The notes below the pieces were generated by a model, which was not told the origin of the DNA, did no database searches, and was given only the letters and a program-made list of their open reading frames with translations. The position numbers and the translations under genes were made by a program. A stretch of DNA of 64,000 bases, taken from positions 35,038 through 99,037 of the forward strand of contig MU058233.1 in assembly GCA_013265495.1 (NCBI GenBank), given 5' to 3'. Source of the stretch: Vicugna vicugna (Eukaryota). Below, one piece after another: positions 24,640 through 36,462 of this stretch; the first letter of the stretch is position 1, and the number at the start of each line of letters is the position of its first letter.

Positions 24640-26500
24640 GAACAGTGTTCTGAATGCTGGAGCAGACATAGCCTTACCCACGTGTCAGCACTCAGAAGTA
24701 ATTAGAGACAGTGAGGACGATGAGAATGTTTCTTATCAAAAAGTTATCAAATGCAGTGAAAACTTAAAAGAGAAACCTGTAGCCTTATATGCTTCTGTTG
24801 GTAAAGAAAAAATAAAATAGACCTTCAACTCAGGAACCTAGGAAGAAACTATAAAGTGAACCTAAGGAGGCAGGAAAGGACAGTTAATAAAAACCAAAGC
24901 AGAAATCAGTGAGAAGATGACAGAAGACCCATAAAACTGACGGTCGTTGTGTCTGTTTAATGCAGGGGGAAAAAGCAAACGGAGGTGCACAACATAATGA
25001 GGGAGAGAAAAAGCACAAGTGTGTTTTAAATACACAAGAGCAAGGTGCGTAACTGAATCCAGATAAATTTGGAAATAACTGAAGAAATTGTCCAAGAAAA
25101 TAAGTTGCTGAAGTTGTCTCAAGAAGAGGCAGTAAAACGCCCCGTCCGTAGCCATGAGAGAAAGCACCGGTCGACGAAACTCCTCTAAACCACGCAGGCT
25201 GGGACAGAGCCAGGTCAGGGCACCTCCCTCCAGAAGAGGAAAGCCTGCGTGGGGAGCCGCCCCGGAGCACCGGGAAGGGAAGTTAGGAAGCCCTCGAGCC
25301 CCCGTCCGCTCGCCCCCCACGGCTTGGCAGCTCGTAGCCCACAGTCCCCGAGAAATCGCAATGGCACACCTCAGGCTGAAGCCAGCCGGGAGTGGCAGTG
25401 ACAGCAGGCGTGCGCAGGCAGGGTCCGTCCCAGCAGTCCCCCCAGAAGGCCTCCCGTGGCACTGCACCGCATTTGCGGACAGGCGCTGAGGATGTGCCAG
25501 CGTCTCCTGACGGTTGTGTGCTGAAGCCTCTGTGGTGTGACAGGGATTGATGTTGGAAAACAGGCTCTCCATTCTGAAAGAGAATGTATTACCGCATCTG
25601 ACAGTGATGGTGGTTCCAGGCAGACTAGGTGCTTAAATGTGAAAAATAAAGCCATAAAAGTGGAGGGAAATAAAGTAGCGTTGTTCTAGTTTAGAGTTAG
25701 AAAGGACTTTTTGAGAATCAAAGTCATAAATGGTAAAGGAAGACGACTGGGTCTGTTGGGAGCTGGGCCTGTGCAAAGTTGTGAGACGAATACCAGAATG
25801 GTGGTGATCGCTCACGTGACGAGATGAAACGCTGAAATCCTTGGGGGGAGGGTACAGTTCAAGTGGTAGGGCGCGTGCTTAGCGTACATGAGGTCCTGCG
25901 TTCAGTCCCGTTTCTCCATGAAAATAAATAAATAAGCCTAATTACCTCCCCCTGCCAAAAAAAAAAAAAGAAAAACTAAACTAAAAAAAAAACTTAAAAA
26001 ATGTTAAAATCCTTGCTGTGTAAAGAACTCTCACAAATCAGTAAGAAAGGACAGCAGTAAGAAAGGACAGTCACTGCAGTAGAAAAGCAAAGGACGTGAA
26101 AAGATGGTTCACAAAGAAGAAAAATAGGCGGTCAGTGAATAAGCATTTGAAGTACGCGCTCATGAGCAGCGCACTCTCCTGTGCCTCTGACCTGGGAAAG
26201 TTAGAAAGTAACGGAGAGGGTGTGGGGCAGCCAGCCGGACACCCACGCTGTCCCCGGCACGACGCGTCGTCAGGAGGAGGCAGTCCCCGACTCTCACTGT
26301 GGCTGCCGTCCCCCCACAGACACCCCGCTCACCAGGGTGTCTCGACAAGGCTTGTGAGCTGTCAAAGCTGGAGAATTGAGGACAGTCGTGGGAGACTGAA
26401 GTAAATCGACGTGTCCCTACTGAGAAGTATTTTTGCCGTTCTTTAAACGATCAATATTGACATGGAAATATGTCTCTGTACTGTTTATATGGAAAGCTAT
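24640..26500 (+). mobile_element. Old, heavily degraded LINE-1 relic (ORF2 pieces); boundaries approximate
   Basis: A-rich purine-skewed sequence with L1-like segments in collinear order (aaaccaaagcagaaatcagtgag; aaagaactctcacaaatcagtaagaaa; gatggttcacaaagaagaaaaataggcgg). No intact ORF. Confidence 0.6.
25844..25998 (+). mobile_element. Full-length tRNA-Ala-derived SINE (Vic-1-like) with target-site duplication, nested in the old L1
   Basis: Head GGGGGAGGGTACAGTTCAAGTGGTAGGGCGCGTGCTTAGCG, then TAAATAAGCCTAATTACCTCCCCC and a long A tail. Flanked by aaacgctgaaatccttg (25827-25843) and aaatgttaaaatccttg (25999-26015), 14/17 identical. Confidence 0.9.
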
Positions 26501-29092
26501 TGCTTACTAAGTGGAGACAGCAGGCTGTGTATGAAGCTGCACTTTTTGTGCGTTTAAGCACACACATACATATTCAGCCCTGGGAACCATCCGCCGGTTA
26601 TGTTCAGACAATTTTTTCCCCAAATCTGAATTGCTGTTGGCCTTTTATTTTGTCCACCCCTGTTTTTAAAGTTTCCCACAGAGAATATATATTACTTTGG
26701 AAAGGAAAAGTGGTAAAACTTGCTGCCTCAAGAATGGACGCATATTTGACGCAGAGGATGGAGGACTGGGGACTGGGGATTCATCGCCGAGTGTTCACTG
26801 AGCCTCTGCTGCCCTGGGCCTGGCTCCCAGCCAGTCCTGCAGGCCTGCCCTTTCCGGGCCCGGAGAAAGCAGACCACACACGGCACAACAGGAGAAGAGA
26901 GGCGTGGAGGGGAGAGCCGAGCCGGGCCTGTCGTCCAGGTGTGGGGAGGGCAGGGCCGGGCCACCAGGCGGAAGGGCCATGCAGAGGCGGGCGGGAGAGG
27001 TGGCCCTGGTGGCCTTCGGAGGAGCTTGGGCTTCGTCCTGACCCGGCGGGAGCCATGGCGGTGCCTTTCACGTGCCACGGTGGGCTTTGCAAGCAGGAGT
27101 CTAGGTGGAAGCGGTCGCTGGGTGACTGACTAACTCCAGGAAGGACGCCATTCCCGACCCCCTGCCTTCCAGCTGGCTGCAGTGGGAAGGCTCCCTGACC
27201 TGCCTGGCCTCGGTTCCCTGCTCTGTAAGCACGGGCCCCTCTCCTCGGCTTGTGGCTGTTCTGTGCAGGGGGCCTGTCCACTCCGCATGCTGGCTAGTCG
27301 ATGGTTCTGCTGAACCGCTGGGAAGCGTGTGTGGAATGCCGGTGCTGTTTGGCACTGGATGTGGCACGCGTTGCACTGTGTTCCAGAAGCTTTCGTTTCA
27401 GTATGTTGATTGCTTGTGCAATTTGGAGGAAGAGGTTGTTTGGGAGTAATTGGTTTAAAAATAATTTTGTGATACAATACTTTAGCCCCAAGTTAACTTG
27501 AGTAATTTTGATTAACATTTAAGTGAAGTTTTCTCTCCTTTTAAATGTTTCTTTGACTCTAGTTTATTAAAGAAATTGCATTACTAGAGGCAGTTAAGAA
27601 TTAATATTGTGAGGGTTTCTTCTTACGGAAAACCTGAAGCAAGCGCAGAAACGGAGCGCAGTGTAGTAGTCGCGCCCAGCACCCCGCAGCCCGCACCGGC
27701 TTGGCGTCCCGCTCCCAGGCCAGCCGCAGGACTGACCTTCCTCTGTAACCCTCAGTGCAGCCCAGCCCCAGAATGTTCTGAAGCGTGTCCCCAGCACCGT
27801 AGCACTGTACCCATCCCACCTTGTAGCACACGTGTCTCCGAAAGATAAGGACGGTTACCGTAGCCACAGTAAAGTGGTTCGGGTTGACTCTCCTGGCAGA
27901 GCAGAGTTTTAATCCCACATTAGATCTTCGTTTTGGGGTGGTTATGGAGGTGGACCCCATGACCAGGGTCAGTGCAAGTGAGTAACGTCGCAGAGTCAGC
28001 ACGGAGACTCGTTTCGCCCCCTTTTTGTTTTGACTTATAAAATACCACTTTAACAGCCTGGGGGGTGCTGTGTTGCTTGGGGTGATTGCTGACGGAAGGT
28101 GATGCTATTTCAGAGACCCGGGTTATGTAACACGCTTCAGGCCGCACTTGGGCTTGGAATCGTGAGGCGCTGAAAGTGAGGAAGCTGTGGGGCAGCTGGG
28201 CAGCCTCGCCCGCAGGCGCTTCTGGAACCTGCCTTTCCTAGCCCAGAACCCACGTCCCTCCCTGAGTCCGCTGCACTTAAAAAGCGCCTTCGTTGTGGTT
28301 GACTTGAATGTTTTTCGTAAGTAGTAATTCATGGTTTTTAAAAATACGGTATCTTACTGTGACCAGTTAGGTGTTGCTGAGAGCCATTTACCACGTGTCT
28401 GGGGAGGAAGGTGAGCGACGACGAGTGGATGGGAGGGTGGGGGAGAAGACTGTTTCCTTCTGGGCCTTTGTATTTCGCTTAGAATCTCCAAATATTCTCA
28501 GGGAGAAAAATTGAACCACCTGAATTTTTATTGCACTAGGTTTAAGTTTTTCTTACAGGTGCAGAGAACAGTCTGACATAGCGCCTAGCACAAAACGGGC
28601 ACCCGGTCAGGTGTTGAGTAAAGGAGCAGATTCTGTACCTTCTGCTGTGTAAGAAAAGGCTCCTTTATGTTGTTGGGGTCTTTTTAAAACTCCTTTTACT
28701 AGTGGAGTTGCATCTTGTGCATACTTATGCAAGCTCAGCCGTCTGCTGAGCCCAGAGAACAAGGAAAACACCAGTGAAAACTGACCGTTTACCACTGCGG
28801 CAACACCAGCTTGCGCTCAGCACGGGCACCCCTGACGCGGCCCGAGGTGGAGCCAGCCCCGTGCAGGTCCCTGTGTCGGGCTTGGCGCACGTGATCTGCT
28901 TCTGAACAGCCCCTCTTTGACGTCACGGGCACTCCTTGCTGCCCCAGGACCTCCCTCTGCGTAAGATATGGCTCCAGTTGAGACACTACCCCACCAGCTG
29001 ATGCTTGCGTGGATAGCGGGGCCGTTGGGGTCTCTGCCCTGTGCTTCCAGATGCCTAAAGCTGTTACCACCATTCTCCCCTTTTCTCAACAG

Positions 29093-29323
29093 CTTCGTTT
29101 GCTCCAATAAGCTTTGCAATCAAGGCCAAAGAAAATGATCTGCTTCCCCTGGAAAAAAACCGAGTTAAGCTGGACGATGACAGTGATGATGATGAAGAAA
29201 GCAAAGAAGGCCAGGAAAGTTCTAGCAGTGCTGCAAACACGAGCCCGGCAGTTGCCCCGCCCTGTGTGGTTGCCGAGGAGAAGCGGCCTCAGCTCACCCA
29301 GGAGGAGCTGGAGGCAAAGCAAG
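29093..29323 (+). CDS. SFSWAP: SFSWAP coding exon (probably exon 12); not represented in its coding frame in the ORF track
   Basis: ccccttttctcaacag|CT...CAAG|gtttgt; 231 nt, phase 1->1. Translates (A)[76 protein letters not shown]. Confidence 0.96.
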
Positions 29324-30344
29324 GTTTGTCAGTATGTTTTAACTGCTTGAAAGAAAAAAGTGCGTAAACACAAGGTTAACCTAGTAAGCCGGAGCTGAGG
29401 CTGCCGGTAGACTCCAGCCTCTGCGTGCAGAAGCACGGGGCTTATTCTCTGCTGGCCTGGTGAGCACTGCCCTCCACTGAGCTCGGGCACAGTGCCCTGG
29501 GCAGTTTGCTTTCAGAGGATGAGTTGGGAGTTGGCCAAGAGTGCTTTAATGGCAGCCTTGGGGCAAATGCTGGGTTAATGTACCGGGCTAGGAGGTGCCC
29601 TTTTGTGAGGCTGTCTCCCTGCCGGGGCCCAAGCTCATCTTCTTGGGTCACAGCGGCGTCCCCGCTCGCCTCTGATGCACGGCCAGCAGCGTTTTTGGGG
29701 ACCGTCGTGTGTTCTATACCTGCTCCAAAATAAGTCATGTTCTGCAGTAAAGCAGGCAATTAACAGTTGCATTTGCAGTTTTTAATCTGTTCTAACTGGT
29801 TTTTGAGAGTTGCTTTTTCTGTGTATACAACAAACAGATCAAACAACACTTTTAAAAGGTAGTTAATTCTTGGACCACAGCCTTGCCCTGGAGAGCGTGC
29901 CCCGTGCTGCATGCCTCTCCCTCAGCACACCTGTGTCTGCGCGCGTGCATCTGCGTGTGCACTTACTGTGCGTGAGCTAAGCCTGTGTCCGAGCATTGGG
30001 GAGAAAGCGCTTGTCCTGGTGTGTCCACTGCCTGCTGTGACTCTTGGGCATGTGGCCTGAGGTTTTCACCCTTCCGGGTTCCACTGGTATGGAATCCCGT
30101 CAGTCTTTGGGCGCTGATTTTGAAAGTGCAGTTTGGAGAATACTGTTAATAAGCAGTATAAACCAATTCAGAATTGCCTTTGCCCAACCCGTTCACCCAC
30201 CCTGGAGTCTGCATCGTGTTCATCTCTTAAAGTAACTGCATCACACCTCGTGACCCTTTTCCCGCCTGTGAAAGTTAAGATAGCAAGATAGTTATAAAAT
30301 ACTGCGTGCTTTGAACGTCATCTTATCTTTGTTTATTCCTTAAG

Positions 30345-30535
30345 CAAAGCAAAAGCTGGAGGACCGGCTCGCGGCCGCCGCCAGGGAAAAGCTGGCCCAA
30401 GCGTCCAAAGAATCGAAGGAGAAACAACTCCAGGCGGAACGTAAAAGGAAAGCAGCCTTGTTTTTACAGACCTTAAAGAACCCCCTGCCGGAGGCGGAAG
30501 CCGGGAAGGCTGAGGAGAGTGCTTTCACTGTGGAG
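30345..30535 (+). CDS. SFSWAP: SFSWAP coding exon (probably exon 13), coiled-coil-like segment
   Basis: tttattccttaag|CA...GTGGAG|gtaagg; 191 nt, phase 1->0. Translates (A)[63 protein letters not shown]. Confidence 0.96.
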
Positions 30536-30697
30536 GTAAGGCCAAAGGGTCCGCGCTAGTGTTCAGGGCAAAGCACGGTTGGTGGCGGTACCTGAGGGCA
30601 GTGTCCCCGTCCGGTCAGCTCCGCGGCCCGCCTGGAGGCTGAGTGCTCCCTGCCGCTCTCCCCGCTGCCTTCCGCGGGCCCCGGCTATGCGCTGTTC

Positions 30698-31134
30698 CAG
30701 GCCGACCTTGGAGATGCCGTGGGCTCCGCTCCGGACCGCAGGAGCAGAGCAAGTCACGTGCATTTTTTGGTTTCCCAGTGCACATAAAAGTTGTATTTAC
30801 ACTATACTGCGGTCTGTTAAATGTGCAGTAGCATTACATCTAAAAAAAGTTACGTATCTTAATTTTAAAATCTCTTATTGCTAAAAAAATGCTAACCAGC
30901 ATCTGAGCCTTCAGCAAGTCATGATCCTTTAGCACTGGTCACGTCACCGATCACAGATCTAATCGTGAAAAAGTTTGAAATATTGCAAGATTTACCAGAA
31001 TGCGACACAGAGACATGAAGTGAGCAAATGCTGTGGGGAAGACGTGCCGATAGACTTTGTCAACGCAGAGCTGCCGCAGGCCTTCGGTCTGTAGGAGTGC
31101 AGTGTCTGAAGTGCGCTAGGGTGAGGCTTGCCCG
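30698..31134 (-). mobile_element. Tigger1-derived non-autonomous DNA transposon (TcMar-Tigger MITE)
   Basis: Degenerate terminal inverted repeats caggccgaccttg / gaggcttgcccg (cf. CAGGCATACCTCG). Internal text ttttttggtttcccagtgcacataaaagttgtatttacactatactg and ttattgctaaaaaaatgctaac...catctgagccttcagc match Tigger1 ends as I recall them. Confidence 0.8.
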
Positions 31135-32582
31135 TGCCGTGCGGCTGACTCGGTGAGAATCCGGTGAAAATGCCCCGTAATGCACGTCCACGCCGAATAC
31201 CGGGTGCAGCCTCAGAGACACGGGCCCCAGGCCCCGGTCGGGAACCCCTGCTCTGTGGCGGCCCTCGTGGGAAATGGAGGGAAGCCTGGCCTGAGGGGCT
31301 CGCCCCGCGCCGGACCAGGCTGGCCGCTGCCCGGAGGTTTGAGAATCTTGCTGGGGACCAGCACTGTAATTTTTTAAAAAGTAAGTAAGGTATGGTCACC
31401 GTCATCTTCTCTTGAAGGGGTCCAGTCCTCACAGTTCTTTCCTGAGCTGTAGGACCAGAACGTGGCCCCTCTGGCCCATTTCCTCCCTTCAGATGGGGCT
31501 GGGACACTCAGAACAGCGCCTGTGCCATTTCTCCAAGTGTCCCCAACATGTCTCCTGCAGCTGCCTTCTCCCCATAACACAGAACAGGCCCCACGCCTTT
31601 TTTACTTTAATTACCTTGACATTTCTGAGAGTCTAGAACCATTCTTCAAAACTCACTTTTGTTGCCTGTAGCCACTTGGTTTATTTGGTTTTTCCTTGGA
31701 AACAGCTTTCTGAGCTCAGATTTTCAGCATTCTGTTGAAGGTCAAATCAGCATTCTTACTCAGAAATCAGTCTGAAATTCTCTCAGATCTGGCCTCAAGT
31801 AACAGCAGGACTAGACCAGGGAGAGCAGGGAGCATCTGTTCCTGCGCGAGCTTGCCCACAGTGGGCTGTGCCGTCCGGGGCGCCCCGGGCGCCTCACCAG
31901 CTCCAGCTGCAGGAGCTGCTCTCGGGCCAGTGCTCTGCCCCGCCTCGGAGTGGGGCTCCCCCAGGGCGCGGTGGTGTCCCCCACTCTCCCCGAGGCCCTT
32001 CCAGAGGCAGCCCCACCTGGGAGGGCCTCGCTGCAGCCAGTCAAGGCAAAAGCAGGTGCGCCCAGACAGCACCCACAGCCGCCCCCCCCCCCGGCTCTGG
32101 AAGGGCGTGTGCGCCAGCACAGGGAGGAAGCATGCAGCAACTAAACCCATCACTAGCGGAGCCGCTTCAGGTGGGCTCAGGGTGGGGGGTGTAAAGGGGC
32201 CCCACCACTAGCAGAGCTGCTTGAAATGGGAGCAGGGGAGGGGGGGTGTAAAGGGGCCCCAATTTCAAGGCTGCAGCTGTAAACCTCACGCGCGCAGCAG
32301 GGCGGGGGCCAGGAGCAGGCTGTCTTCATTTCCTTTACTGTTTCCATGTCGCTTGTGCAGTGAGTGAAGGGCTTAATTAAAAGACATCTGCGTGTACGGA
32401 TCCTGTCACCTATTGTCTTACGTGGCTGCATCTATACTTTCTAATAAAAGTGCACTGTAATGAAACTCCATCGCAGCCAGAATCGTCAGTCTCTAACCCA
32501 GTTTTCTCACTTTGCCGCGTTGCCTCGTCGCAGGCACCAGGTCACTTCCTTACAGCAGAGTCGGCTGCGACTCACCTCGTCC

Positions 32583-32606
32583 TGTGTGTGTGTGTGTGTG
32601 TGTGTG
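32583..32606. repeat. (TG)12 microsatellite
   Basis: Read directly from the sequence. Confidence 0.95.
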
Positions 32607-33269
32607 TCTCCCGCCTTCCTCTTCCCGAGCTTGCACGTGGGGGTCTGTGATCCATGCAAGTGAGTGTTCGTGCTTCCTGTTCAAGTCACTGGGCGCATCT
32701 TCACAGATTTCTAGTAGGAGGATCGCAGCTACTAAACCGTTTCTGCAAAAATGTAATAATGGTGGTGGCAGATGACGATGAATGTCTTTAATTGCTTTGA
32801 AACAGAAATACAGGAATTAAACTGGCAATTGTCGTAAATGAGATTCACACTTGGAAACACTGCCAGCCAAAGCTGCTTGTGGAGACAGGTTACCCTGACT
32901 CCGCCCACTGTTCTGTGTGCACTTGACTCACAGGGCTGGCCCGGCTGACCCCACCGCACAGGTGTGCGGCTTCAATGTCTGGGGGAGCTTGAAGTGGGAT
33001 GGGGTCGGCCCCTTGGGAGTAGGGGGCACCCCCGGATCCAGATGAGCAGACACCGTGCGTTCAGAAGGCCTGGCTCAGGTTTGGCAGGGAATTCTGTCAT
33101 CTGGCGGCTTAGGGAGGGGCACTTTGTGTTTTCACTTTGCTTTCTATAAGAGCAGTGTCTGTGTGATTTTTGAAGTTCAAATGCCAGAGAAAAGTGTTAA
33201 ATGAAGAGTAGAAGTTTTTTCCTTCTTTTTGCTTTTTTTAAATCCCTGTGGAAGTTTCCATCTGCAGCT

Positions 33270-33606
33270 TATTTTTTATCGTGTAAAACAGACACACATG
33301 CTACTTACATGTCACCCCTTAAGCGTCAAGTACCTCACACTGCCATGAGGCCGTCACCATCGCCAACACCAGGACCTCATCTTCCCAAACTGAAGCTCCG
33401 CCCCCCTGAACACCAGCCCAGCCCCTCCCCCAGCGTGGGCCCCACTGCCCTCCTTCTGTCTGATTTGATCGCTCTGGGAGCCTCAGGGGTGGAATCGTGC
33501 AGGATTTGTTCGTTTCTGACCCGCTTGTCTCATGTTGCAGGATGTCCTTCCTTTTGAAGGTGACAGATACGCCATTGAGTACATATACACACACCACATT
33601 TTGTGT
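33270..33606 (-). mobile_element. Old LINE-1 3' end fragment (L1MA/MB-like)
   Basis: catcttcccaaactgaagctc, ggaatcgtgcaggatttgttc, ccttccttttgaaggtgacagatacgccattgagtacatatacac...cacattttg resemble antisense L1 3'UTR. Confidence 0.7.
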
Positions 33607-36267
33607 CTTGTTTTCTCCAGGGGAAAAAATCTGTGTCTAGATTTTAAATATTTCGTGTGTTTCATTGGACCAGACCCTGTGCATTATTCTCGTGTCTTGC
33701 TTTGTTCACTTGCTACCCCCTTGCTCTTTCCCTGTCGGAGCAGTGCTTGGTGTGTAGCAGACGCTCGGTGAGCGTTTACTGGCTGAGTGGCTGTCAGGCC
33801 TTCCCTGTATCGGCCCGTGAATCGCCCCGAGGGCACGTGCCGCAGCTTGCTCGCCCCGCCTGCCACCGTCCCGGGGTTTTGGCGCCGGAGCAGGTGCTGC
33901 CTGAGTCTTGCCCGCTCGCTGCAGTGAGTACGTCCGCAGGGTGAGTACCTGACCCTGGAACTGCTGCTCAGACTTAGATGCTGCGACTCTCACCCCTCGC
34001 ACGATTCCTGCAGGGGGCTTGGGGCTGGGTTTTTGTTGTGTATTTGTCTCTGTGGTGCATGAAAATAACTTCCTTCACGCCCCTGCCAGCATCATCAGCC
34101 TTTAGATCTGGTCTGCCTGGTGGGTGGGGAAGTGGTATCTGTTTGGTTTGACTCACGTATTTGAGTCCCGGTTGACGCCGAGTCACTTTTCACGTGTCTC
34201 CTGCCTTTGTGTCCCCGGCAGGAGCCTTTGCTCTCCTCCCGGCTGCCTTGTCTGTCTTTGTCTCTCCTGTTTTGTGTCAGCTCTGTGTCGCCGTATCGAC
34301 AGCATTTTCCTCTTTGTCCTTTTAATCTGCACCCGTGGAATGTGTTTCAGTTGGAGGAGCGCGTGGCTGGCGCGGCGCAGCGCAGCTCGCTGAGCCGCCC
34401 GTCGTCTACCCGCTAACCTAAGGGGCCGCCTCCGCTGTGCGCCCGCTCCCGGGTGCGCCTGCTCTGCGTCTGCGTCCTCGTCCATTCGGTTCCGTCCACC
34501 TGTTTGTTAGGAGAGGCGGTTTTCCACGTGCAGGTCTGACTTTAAATGAGGTCTTCTAAGTGTGTTTAATGACACGGGTAAGTGTGAACAGTGTGCAGCA
34601 CGTCTGAGCAGTGTGTGAAATACGTAAAATGCCAGGGAGCACTTAGAAATTCACACAGGCACCGCCCCACTGTTGGTGTGCGTTTTGTTGTGTGAGGTCT
34701 TAATTCAAAAGGAAGAGACATCAAGCCTTGAGCTGAGCCATGCCATCACTTCCACGGTGAAAACAGACTTCAAGGTAATTTCTAGGTAACAGTCACTTTT
34801 TCAAGTTCACGATCCTGCCACGTTTGCAGGTCCAGCTGGAGTTTGAAAAGGAAATGGGAACAAAAGTCAAGCTGTGTTTGTTGAGCCTCTGTTCTAATTC
34901 AGGGTGCCTTGGGATGTGAATTAGGAGCCTGTTTCTTATCCCGTGACTGCAGAATCACACGTGTGTGGGTAACCTCTGCCCGTGAACGTCTCCCCCAGGA
35001 CATCTCTGCCAGGCACCGAGCAGCTCTGAGTGTGTGGTGAGGCCCCAGGCCCCAGGTGGGCAGAGTGGGCATGGGGCCCTGCCACCCCGCCTCCCAGAAG
35101 AGAGGGGTCTGCCAAGTGCTTGGGGGCTGGGCGGGGCCTGGGGGAACCAGGACAGTTTGGAGAGGTGACAGCAGTAAGGGCACGCCAGGCCAAAGACCCC
35201 TGTGGTGGAGGCAGGGAGGCTGGCATAATCCAAACCCAGACGGGCGCTGCAGGTGGGTCTGGGAGGGGTGGAGCCGCTGCAGGACAAGCAGGGACGCTGA
35301 GACAAGCAGTGCTTCCCCGCCTCCCTCCGCGTGGACGGGTGGAGGCAGACAAGCCAGCGCCCCCGAGTTGGGTTCAGCTGGTTAGATGGAGGGAGAGGGT
35401 GCCAGCGGAGGGGGAAATGCAGAGTCATCCTGGAAGGAACCTCAGCAGTCAGGCCCGGGCTGGCGGTGGGACCGCTGCCGAAGGTTGAAGGTCATGCCCG
35501 GTGACTCTTGAGTGATAATCAGGTGCAGGTTTGAAAGTGCAGGTTTAGAGGCCGCATCGCCAAGTCTGGTTTCAAACGTATTTTAAAACCTTGAGTCTTT
35601 TATATATGTATCCCAGGTCGTTGTTAGTGTGGTGTTACTTCAGAAGTAAGATTCTGTTTTGAAATGTATGTTAGCCTGCTTTTGCGCAGTTCCTTTCCCA
35701 CAGCAGGAAGTAGCGGCCGCTGGCTGTGTGCTGGTCTGCAGGTAAACACGCTTCGTGGTGCAAGGCTGATCGATCGTGCTTTCTAGCGTCACCAACGTGG
35801 GGGACGTAAGGTTTTAAATATCTCTTTTTTTTAGCTAAATGCTTATATAAATGACTCATTTTCCTAAGGTTACTCCTCGATTTCACCCCGTCACTCCTCA
35901 GACCAGCCCGTGTCCTGCCCTCCCCCATGATGGTTTGTGCTTTGATCTCTTTTGCTGAAATATTAGCACTCTGTCCCAAAAAGGCCACCTGTGTGTTTGA
36001 CCCTGGTCGACAACACAGATCTGTTCTGCCCCCCTGCAGGCACCGCAGGCCGCCTCTCACAGGTCACCATGTGCAGAGGCTCAGCCAGTGCCTTCAGAAA
36101 CCAGGCGAGGAGGGTGTGGAACTGGAGGGAGGGTCTTGACTCAGCAGTGTCTTTAAGTGTCTTCCAGGTTATTTATAAAACTTATGATATAAATTAGTGA
36201 AGCAGTTGACTCTTTCTGGTTAAGCCAGAAAGAGCATTTGTAGTGAAAGTGGTGATTTTTCAGGAAA

Positions 36268-36462
36268 TGCCCTGTGCAGTAGAGGGGCCACAAGCCACAT
36301 GTGGCAATTTCAGTTTAATTTAATCGCAGTTCAGAATTCAGGTCCTTGATCACACCAGCCACCTTTCAGGTGCTCAGCAGGCGTCCGTGGCCAGGAGCTC
36401 ACCGCAGCAGACAGTGCAGAAACAGGGCGCTCCCACCTGCGGCAGGTGTGGATTCGGTAGCC
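36268..36462. mobile_element. MER3/MER33-like hAT-Charlie MITE
   Basis: ggccacaagccacatgtggcaattt...cacaccagccacctttcaggtgctcagcagg...gtggccag...gacagtgcaga, the characteristic repeated AGCCACATGTGGC structure. Confidence 0.7.

Noticed and set aside
26039..26070. 16-bp tandem duplication CAGTAAGAAAGGACAG x2
   Set aside because: Only two copies inside a dead L1; ordinary slippage, not an array.
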